Assembly (NCBI GenBank): GCA_938044295.1
Contig: CALIRC010000010.1
Span: 1-32,083 of the forward strand
From: Minisyncoccota bacterium
GTDB lineage: Bacteria; Patescibacteriota; Minisyncoccia; Moranbacterales; GCA-2747515
Reading direction: 5' to 3'
Length of the DNA: 32,083 nucleotides
How positions within the stretch are numbered: the first letter of the stretch is position 1; the number at the start of each line of letters is the position of its first letter. Below the pieces are notes generated by a model. The model searched no databases. It was given only the letters and a program-made list of their open reading frames with translations, and was not told the DNA's origin. The position numbers and the translations under genes were made by a program. Of the stretch, positions 25,301-32,083 are shown piece by piece.

Positions 25301-25876
25301 ATGAAAGTACTGATTGTAACAGCGCATCCTGCAAAAAAGGGATTTACACATAAAATTGCACAGAGCTATGCTAGCGCAGTAAACAAACATGGCGGAGAAA
25401 CGCATATCATGAATCTCTATGAAAACCAGTGGCGCCAAGAATTTCTCCAGTTTGAAGATCTGCGAGACATCAGACCAGATGAAACTGCAAAAAAAATCCG
25501 CGCAGAGATTACGTGGGCGACACAGATAGTATTTGTCTTTCCAGTCTGGTGGTTTAGTGTGCCTGCAGTGATGAAGAATTTTTTTGACCATAATTTTGCA
25601 GCAGGATTTGCATTTACATTTAAAGCTGGTAAACCCAAGGGTCTTCTCACTGGAAAGACAGCGCGCATCTTCACTACTGCAGATGGACCAAGCATGCTCT
25701 ATAGGATTTCTAAACCATTCTTTAGCATACCATTAACACGAGGCATTTTAGGATTTTGTGGAGTTAAAACACTGTCCGTTGATATCTTCACTGATCGTAT
25801 GAAATGGAAGGGTACCCAAAAAGAACGAGAGATCTTGAAAAAAGTAGCCAATCGTGCTAATGTACAAGGTCGATGA
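25301..25876 (+). CDS. NAD(P)H-dependent oxidoreductase, flavodoxin-like (Flavodoxin_2/KefF-MdaB family)
   Basis: MKVLIVTAHP, FVFPVWWFSVPAVMKNFFD, GFAF, LLTGKTA, LGFCGV. Confidence 0.9.
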   Translation: MKVLIVTAHPAKKGFTHKIAQSYASAVNKHGGETHIMNLYENQWRQEFLQFEDLRDIRPDETAKKIRAEITWATQIVFVFPVWWFSVPAVMKNFFDHNFAAGFAFTFKAGKPKGLLTGKTARIFTTADGPSMLYRISKPFFSIPLTRGILGFCGVKTLSVDIFTDRMKWKGTQKEREILKKVANRANVQGR

Positions 25877-25889
25877 ATAGTATAGAATT

Positions 25890-27014
25890 ATGAAAAAAAT
25901 TGGAAATATAATCGCGCGCTACCCACTAGTGACGTTTTTGCTAGCATTAGTGATACTTTTTGCAATCATTGCAGGAAGTAGTAGCCTTCGAAAAGAGGCA
26001 CAAAACGAAGAAGAGGAAGTACATGCACAGCCACGAAGTGTGGCAGTATTTGATGAATCTGCCAAGCATGCAATAAAAGTACTCGCCGAAGTTGATCGTG
26101 CTGACACGATTACACTAATCGCTACAAAAAGCGGCGTCATAAATCGTATCGCAAAAGAAGGTGAATACGTCTACCATGGCGCAGAAATTGCATACACTGC
26201 AGACACGTATAGTGGGACATCTGTAGCGAGCACAAGCGCTGCAATCGCCAAGGGTGCGCTCGCGCATCAGGAAGAAATTCACAGTGATCAGGAAAAAATA
26301 TTAGAAATTCGAGAGGAAAGTATAAATAAAACAGATCGTGATGAAGTGAAAATAGCGCGTAAGCAAATTTCTCTCGAGGAAAAGGCAAATGACTTTAATC
26401 TGAATAACGCAAAGCTAAACTGGGAACAAGCGCAAGCAAATGCGGCATTAGCAAGTACGACAGCACCATTTACTGGATACATTCAAAGTATATTTGTACG
26501 TGTAGGAGACAGTGTGTCGCAGGGGCAGGCACTAGCCGTATTGCAAGCAGAGAACCAGGCTGATGCACAACTAGTTGCCTACGTAGGCAAAGAGCGCGCA
26601 GCACGTCTGAGTCTTACTGGACGAACCTATGCAGAAATAAACGGCGTACAAGTTGATCTCGAAGTCGTCTACATCGCTACAGCACCCACAAAAGCTGGGG
26701 CTTATGCAGTAACCTTAAAGGTAAAGGATCCACAAAGTGAAGTGGATATCGCAGATGGGATGTACGTCACAGTACACCTCTCTTTAGTGCAGGACGAAGA
26801 GGGAGAGCGGATGATTCCACTCGATGCTGTACGCTACGGTAGTACTGGTCCAGAAGTATTTATCATAGAAGGTGATAGCGCACAGTCAGTTGCTGTGACG
26901 CTCGGTCCAGTAGTTGGTGCAATGATCTCCGTAACGCAGGGATTGGCCACAGAAGATGTGATTATTCTCGATCGATCTGTCACCGTAGGTGAGAGGGTCG
27001 TAGCAGCGCAGTAA
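25890..27014 (+). CDS. RND efflux periplasmic adaptor (membrane fusion protein)
   Basis: N-terminal TM; lipoyl-like halves (KSGVI..; APFTGYIQSIFVRVGDSVSQGQAL); IPLDAV; lies upstream of the RND permease. Confidence 0.88.
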   Translation: MKKIGNIIARYPLVTFLLALVILFAIIAGSSSLRKEAQNEEEEVHAQPRSVAVFDESAKHAIKVLAEVDRADTITLIATKSGVINRIAKEGEYVYHGAEIAYTADTYSGTSVASTSAAIAKGALAHQEEIHSDQEKILEIREESINKTDRDEVKIARKQISLEEKANDFNLNNAKLNWEQAQANAALASTTAPFTGYIQSIFVRVGDSVSQGQALAVLQAENQADAQLVAYVGKERAARLSLTGRTYAEINGVQVDLEVVYIATAPTKAGAYAVTLKVKDPQSEVDIADGMYVTVHLSLVQDEEGERMIPLDAVRYGSTGPEVFIIEGDSAQSVAVTLGPVVGAMISVTQGLATEDVIILDRSVTVGERVVAAQ

Positions 27015-27115
27015 AAGTTTGCATAAGATGCACTACATATTGTAAAGGTAGGGCAGATAAGGTATCCAGTAAATGAAGATGGAGAAATTTGACCGATGTT
27101 ATATTTCCACAAAAA

Positions 27116-30100
27116 ATGAACGACTATCTCAAAAATATCAACTTCCGTGAGGATGATGTAAAAAAAGGCATACGAGCATATTTAAAAAATATGCGCATTG
27201 TGTCTCTTTTGGTGATTGGACTGATAATCGGCGGCTTCGTTTCATACAAAAGCCTACCACAAACAGTGGCACCAGAAATAAATCTCACAATGCTAGTAGT
27301 GAGTGCCGCACTACCAGGAGCAATTCCTGAAGATGTTGAATCGCTTCTGACAATTCCACTAGAAGATGAACTCAGAGCAGTAGATGGCATCGACACTGTT
27401 GAGGCTTCAGCTGGAAGTGGCTCCACATCGATCGTAATGACATTTACGCGTGGTGTGGATAAAAACCGCGCTCTAGCAGATGTAGAGGCAGCACTCGGAC
27501 GCGTGGGAGAGTTACCTGAGGATGCAACAGAGCCACGTGTAGTAGCAGTAGATTTTGAGGATGCACCAATCGTACGATGGACCTTTGCAGCCAATGAAGA
27601 AAGCTCTACATCACTACTTATAAAGATGCAGAAGCTAATTGATAGTTTAGAATCAGATCAAAAAATAGATCGCGTCATAAGCGGAGGGAAACCAAAGCAA
27701 GAAGTGCAGATTATCATCACGCAGCAGGCATTAAGTACGTACGGCATTGGAGTAGGTGATGTACACGCAGCAGTGGCAAGCGGTGTTCTAACACTACCCA
27801 GTGGAGTACTCAAGGGAGTATCACTCGAGCGATCATTGTCGATTGATGCATCTGTTGATAGCATAGATGATTTAAGGAATCTCCCACTTTCACTTCCAGA
27901 AAGCGCGCAAATTATCACACTTGGAGATATAGCAGCAATTATTGAGCGACCTGCACCGGGAACACCAGATGCGTACATTTTTAAAGATGATACAGCAAAA
28001 AAAATCGTCACACTTGATGTTTACAGGACAACAGGTGTCGATATCACAGACGCTGTAGAAAAAGCTCAAGCAATCACTGATGAATTCATGGAAACAAGTG
28101 GCAAGGGGCTTATGCGGTATGAAACATTCAATGCTGATACAGAGCTCTCAGATCAATTCAATGAGCTCATGCGAAATCTAAGCGCTACTGTGCTATTGGT
28201 GTTTGTAACCCTGACATTATTTGTCGGGCGCAGACAAGCTTTACTTGCATCGATTTCCATACCACTTATTTATGCGATCACATTTATTGCTATGCGCTTC
28301 ACAGGTATAAGCGTAAACTTTCTCTCACTATTCTCACTGACCATTTCTCTCGGACTTCTTGTAGATGTAACGATCGTAATCGTCAGCGCGATGACGACCT
28401 ATATGCGCGATGGTTCATTTGGCGCACATAAGACGGGTATACTCGTATTTCGCGATTTTTTTGTTACACTCATCATGACGACACTGACAACAGTGTGGGC
28501 ATTTGTCCCATTATTGCTTGCCGGCGGAATTATTGGAGAATATATAAAACCAATTCCAGTGGTAGTAAGTAGTGTACTTGCCGCTTCTGTTCTGGTGGGA
28601 TTTTTCGTAATTTTGCCACTGATGATCTGGCTTTTTGATTTTTCTTTGCCGAAGCGAGTGTTGGTGTTCTTGCGCTTCTTGATTTTTGTAGGTATTTTAG
28701 GTTTTTTTGCACAAGGTATGATGTTGCCATTACCACTTGCAGTTACTGCTGCAGTAGCTTTTTCACTTGTTTTAGGATCTGGGAGGCTTTTGTTAATCAA
28801 ATGGAAGGAATCAAGAAGAGTCAAAAAAATCGCAGCAGGGAAAGATATGGCAGTGCGCGATGTTCCACAGACAATTATAAATATCTCAGCACTGCAAGCT
28901 CGCTATCAGCACATCCTTGAAAACATTCTGGCAACAAAAGCCGCACGCTATAAAACAATTGGAATGGTTGCAGTATTTTTTATCTTCGCGTGTAGTTTAG
29001 TCGCAATGGGATTTGTCAAAAACGAATTTTTCCCAGGAGGTGACAACAACATTCTTTTTGTTGAGGTGGACTTACCAGATGGCACAACAGTCGGTGAGGC
29101 AAAACAAAAAACACAAGAGTTATTGCCACAGCTCGGCGCAGTCGAAGGCGTCTCATATGTGACAATGCAGATTGGATTTGGGACAAATAACGATGGAGGG
29201 ACATCAAAAACAGGAAACGACAGCGTGCTGTTCACATTGAAAACACCTGAAAAAAAGGATGGTGGTCGTGGTGCAAAAGTAATTGCACAAGAATTGCGTA
29301 GCGCACAGTTCATCAGCGCATTTCGTGGCGGTGAAATCGCAGTAGTGGAGCAAGAGGGTGGTCCGCCAGCAGGTGCAGACGTCACAATCACATTTCGAGG
29401 CGATGAATTACCAGTACTACAAGACCTTGCAAACACGCTTAAAAACACACTCGAAACAAGTTCACAAGAATATCTAGTTGAGAATCTCGAGATCACTCCA
29501 GCAGTAGCTGCAGCAACAATCGCATTTGAACCAAATGATCACCTATTAAAAAGGGAGGGAATCACGCGCGGCGAGATTTCCAGCACACTTCGCCTCTTGA
29601 CGACAGGTATTACACTGCAGGATGATGTAGAATTCACTGGATTCACTGACAAAAGAGACATAGTTTTGCGCATGAATGAAAAAGAGGCATCGCTAGCTGA
29701 CATTGGACAGATCCACATAGCAGGAAAAAATGGTCCAGTACCGATCGATGCACTTGGCAGCATCACACTTAAAGAAAATATCACAAACATAAACAGAGAG
29801 GACTTTGACCGTACCGTATCTGTAACAGCTTCCGTAAAAGAAGAAGGGAACATTGGTGAAGTGAACTCAGCAATCGGCACTTTGATAGATGAGCAAATAA
29901 ATCTTCCAGCAGGATATACATGGAAAACAGGCGGTGCAAACGAAGAAAATAATGAATCTGTCGTTGCAATTATTCAAGGAATGGGACTAGCAGCCGCACT
30001 TATTTTTCTTACGCTCATTATTCATTTGCGTTCATACCGAAAAGCAGCAATCGTACTGATGACCGTACCGCTAGCAATTAGTGGGGTATTTATAATCTTT

Positions 30101-30457
30101 GGGATAATCGGCATCCCACTATCTTTTCCATCGCTGATTGGTTTATTAGCGCTCTTTGGTATTGTGGTAAACAATGCTATCATCATCATTTCGCAGATCA
30201 ATGCAAACCGCGACGTGGGTATCAGCTTTCACGAATCTGTGATCAGTGGGGCAACAAGTCGTCTAGAGCCAATCTTACTTTCATCACTAACAACCATTAT
30301 CGGTCTCCTCCCAATCACGCTCAGCGATCCAATCTGGCAGGGTCTCGGTGGAGCAATCATCGCAGGCCTCATGTTTTCAGGAGTGATCATGCTTTTTTTC
30401 ATCCCTACACTTTACTACATCATGATGAGCGATGAAGATGTAGAGCGCATAGCATAA
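27116..30457 (+). CDS. RND efflux permease (AcrB/AcrD/AcrF family)
   Basis: PGAIPEDVESLLTIPLE, GLLVDVTIV, GIIGEYIKPIP, GIVVNNAII, RLEPILLSSLTTIIGLLP. Confidence 0.93.
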   Translation: MNDYLKNINFREDDVKKGIRAYLKNMRIVSLLVIGLIIGGFVSYKSLPQTVAPEINLTMLVVSAALPGAIPEDVESLLTIPLEDELRAVDGIDTVEASAGSGSTSIVMTFTRGVDKNRALADVEAALGRVGELPEDATEPRVVAVDFEDAPIVRWTFAANEESSTSLLIKMQKLIDSLESDQKIDRVISGGKPKQEVQIIITQQALSTYGIGVGDVHAAVASGVLTLPSGVLKGVSLERSLSIDASVDSIDDLRNLPLSLPESAQIITLGDIAAIIERPAPGTPDAYIFKDDTAKKIVTLDVYRTTGVDITDAVEKAQAITDEFMETSGKGLMRYETFNADTELSDQFNELMRNLSATVLLVFVTLTLFVGRRQALLASISIPLIYAITFIAMRFTGISVNFLSLFSLTISLGLLVDVTIVIVSAMTTYMRDGSFGAHKTGILVFRDFFVTLIMTTLTTVWAFVPLLLAGGIIGEYIKPIPVVVSSVLAASVLVGFFVILPLMIWLFDFSLPKRVLVFLRFLIFVGILGFFAQGMMLPLPLAVTAAVAFSLVLGSGRLLLIKWKESRRVKKIAAGKDMAVRDVPQTIINISALQARYQHILENILATKAARYKTIGMVAVFFIFACSLVAMGFVKNEFFPGGDNNILFVEVDLPDGTTVGEAKQKTQELLPQLGAVEGVSYVTMQIGFGTNNDGGTSKTGNDSVLFTLKTPEKKDGGRGAKVIAQELRSAQFISAFRGGEIAVVEQEGGPPAGADVTITFRGDELPVLQDLANTLKNTLETSSQEYLVENLEITPAVAAATIAFEPNDHLLKREGITRGEISSTLRLLTTGITLQDDVEFTGFTDKRDIVLRMNEKEASLADIGQIHIAGKNGPVPIDALGSITLKENITNINREDFDRTVSVTASVKEEGNIGEVNSAIGTLIDEQINLPAGYTWKTGGANEENNESVVAIIQGMGLAAALIFLTLIIHLRSYRKAAIVLMTVPLAISGVFIIFGIIGIPLSFPSLIGLLALFGIVVNNAIIIISQINANRDVGISFHESVISGATSRLEPILLSSLTTIIGLLPITLSDPIWQGLGGAIIAGLMFSGVIMLFFIPTLYYIMMSDEDVERIA

Positions 30458-30479
30458 AAAAATTCAATACACAAAGCAC

Positions 30480-30513
30480 AAAACAACCTGTCGACTTATA
30501 GACTGGTTGTTTT
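30480..30513 (+). terminator. RND operon terminator
   Basis: AAAACAACC(t)GTC ... GAC(t)GGTTGTTTT. Confidence 0.7.
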
Positions 30514-30613
30514 CGAGTACAAACCTCATAAAAATATTTTGCAGAGCTATGAAAAATAGCAAGCAGCAAGGGGATATATAGTCAAAAGAAAGAAAAAAAC
30601 CGCTATCAATGAG

Positions 30614-30641
30614 TTGACAAATTTAAAATAAATGTTATAAT
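30614..30641 (+). promoter_or_regulatory. consensus sigma70 promoter TTGACA-N16-(TGt)TATAAT
   Basis: ttgaca aatttaaaataaatgt tataat. Confidence 0.8.
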
Positions 30642-30705
30642 AGTATGTCATGAAAATACATATTAATAGCACACATAATAGTGATCAGTTCATCTAATGT
30701 GATTC

Positions 30706-31851
30706 ATGATCGTTCATTTACAGCAAAACTGGAGGATACGTCCCGTGGCCGATGATAAAAATACGCTTGTAGAAAAAATACAAGAAGTAGCAAGTGAAAC
30801 CTCAAAAATGGCAGGGGAATCATTTGAGCCAGTAGAAAGCATAATCGTACAACACTTCGGTAGTGAAGTGTGGTCGTTTATTGTTTTACTAATATGTGCC
30901 ATTATTTCTGCGTCATTTTTACGCAGAGCACGTCAGGTAGAAATCGTAGATATTTTTTTGAAAAAGAGAGCAAAAAGTATCAAATCTATCGAAAAAGCTC
31001 TGATAAATAAATGGGTCGTTGTAGTTATGAGTGCATGTTTTGCTCTGACTATAGCACTTTTGATACGAGCTGATAAAATTTCTGGCACGCTAATTGATCA
31101 TGTTGAGAAATTAAATCACTTACTAATCGTAGCTTCAATACTCATATTTCTTGGAGGGCGGTTTGTAAGAGTGTATAGGTTCAACTCATACATGAAGAAG
31201 GTTGGAAATCCAACAATAATCAATATCCTTGCCGTACGTTTTATAGCGGTGTTAATTGTGATCTACGCATTTGCGCTTTATGGAGCAGATCTAGGAACGA
31301 TTCAAGGTTTTGAGATCAACAAGGCAGTACTTGTCACAGGTGTTGCGGCGTTTATTGCGTACATCGCAAAACAAATTGGGTTGAAAAATCTGTACTTAGG
31401 ACGCTTGCATGTCCTGATACGATTTATGAGCATAGATGGTCCCACAAATGGGTATCTCAGACGCATCACGCTTCATACAGTATATTTTGAAACAATAGAT
31501 GGACGTTGGATACCAAAGCCAACGAAAGAGCTGCTAAACGAGACATATGAAGTCTTGGCTGGTCGCTCACATTTTCCACAGAAAGAAAACATCACTATTT
31601 CCGATTTCGCGAGAGAAAAGTGGGGAGAAGATCTGCCCAGAATTGCGGAGAAGATGCTCCAAGAAAACCTGGAGTTAACCGAGGGTGTGAGTAAGCAGAT
31701 CAAATGCTCTTTTCAAATCATGACAAAAAATGATGGAACAAGCATTCTACAGTTAGAGGCGAGGTATCCCATACCACGCCACTGTAGCAGAGAAAAAAAT
31801 GATCTCATCGTAATGAAGTTATATAGTCTTTGCGCAAAAAGCGAAGATTAA
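30706..31851 (+). CDS. multi-TM protein, divergent MscS-like mechanosensitive channel
   Basis: About 5 TM segments followed by IDGPTNGYLRRITLHTVYFETIDGRWIPKPT, resembling the MscS beta-domain pattern G.V..I.L..T.I.T.DG..V.IPN. Start uncertain. Confidence 0.6.
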   Translation: MIVHLQQNWRIRPVADDKNTLVEKIQEVASETSKMAGESFEPVESIIVQHFGSEVWSFIVLLICAIISASFLRRARQVEIVDIFLKKRAKSIKSIEKALINKWVVVVMSACFALTIALLIRADKISGTLIDHVEKLNHLLIVASILIFLGGRFVRVYRFNSYMKKVGNPTIINILAVRFIAVLIVIYAFALYGADLGTIQGFEINKAVLVTGVAAFIAYIAKQIGLKNLYLGRLHVLIRFMSIDGPTNGYLRRITLHTVYFETIDGRWIPKPTKELLNETYEVLAGRSHFPQKENITISDFAREKWGEDLPRIAEKMLQENLELTEGVSKQIKCSFQIMTKNDGTSILQLEARYPIPRHCSREKNDLIVMKLYSLCAKSED

Positions 31852-31859
31852 AGGAAGAT

Positions 31860-31890
31860 AAACGCAGTAAACAAAAAGTTTACTGCGTTT
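31860..31890 (+). terminator. intrinsic terminator
   Basis: AAACGCAGTAAAC-aaaaa-GTTTACTGCGTTT. Confidence 0.85.
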
Positions 31891-31985
31891 AATTTTATGT
31901 CAAATAGAGTGTGCAGATGTATGTGTACTGAAATAAATAGAAATGAAAAAACTCTGATATACTAAAAAAATATAAAGCATAATAT

Positions 31986-32083
31986 ATGAAAGAAAAAATA
32001 GCAGTCTGGTGGATAAGACAAGACTTACGTTGTAATGACAACCCAGCGCTACAAAGGGCACAGGAACATGAACGTGTCTTACC
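31986..32083 (+). CDS. phrB: 5' end of a DNA photolyase/cryptochrome family protein (truncated by the window)
   Basis: MKEKIAVWWIRQDLRCNDNPALQRA matches the photolyase N-terminal motif W(F)R.DLR..DN.AL. Confidence 0.8.
   Translation, partial: MKEKIAVWWIRQDLRCNDNPALQRAQEHERVL

Noticed and set aside
733..31703. Numerous antisense or alternative-frame ORFs inside long genes (e.g. 3146-3667, 5541-5999, 14163-14669, 27124-27594, 28948-29496)
   Set aside because: These are shadow ORFs of well-supported genes, with no independent signals.

Overview
AT-rich bacterial chromosome segment using genetic code 11. The gene set and the mostly Shine-Dalgarno-less starts suggest Patescibacteria/CPR (Parcubacteria-like); this is an inference. 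Recognisable genes: beta-CASP metallo-beta-lactamase nuclease, type II NADH dehydrogenase, DUF2853 protein, L,D-transpeptidase, ECF sigma plus putative anti-sigma, mscL, class II fba, two multi-domain GH130 enzymes, typA, two EEP-family proteins, rpmG (missed by the ORF track), rpmB, a DUF5648-repeat surface protein, a flavodoxin-like oxidoreductase, an RND efflux pair, an MscS-like channel and the 5' end of a photolyase. I found no CRISPR array, tRNA, rRNA or transposase. The most unusual signals are non-coding. (1) The ~1.2 kb mscL-fba gap has a near-consensus sigma70 promoter, a short terminated leader and ~750 nt of almost continuous nested helices on the + strand, a candidate large ornate ncRNA with some partial tmRNA-like marks. 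(2) A SigW-like promoter, TGAAAG-N16-CGTA, occurs before the ECF sigma gene and before a secreted repeat protein whose 5' leader can form a pseudoknot. (3) Three GGACTT...AAG(T/C)CC-ended MITE/REPIN-like elements are present. (4) Structured leaders precede typA, the L,D-transpeptidase and a Cys/His-rich peptide. All RNA structures were read by eye and need folding and covariation checks.
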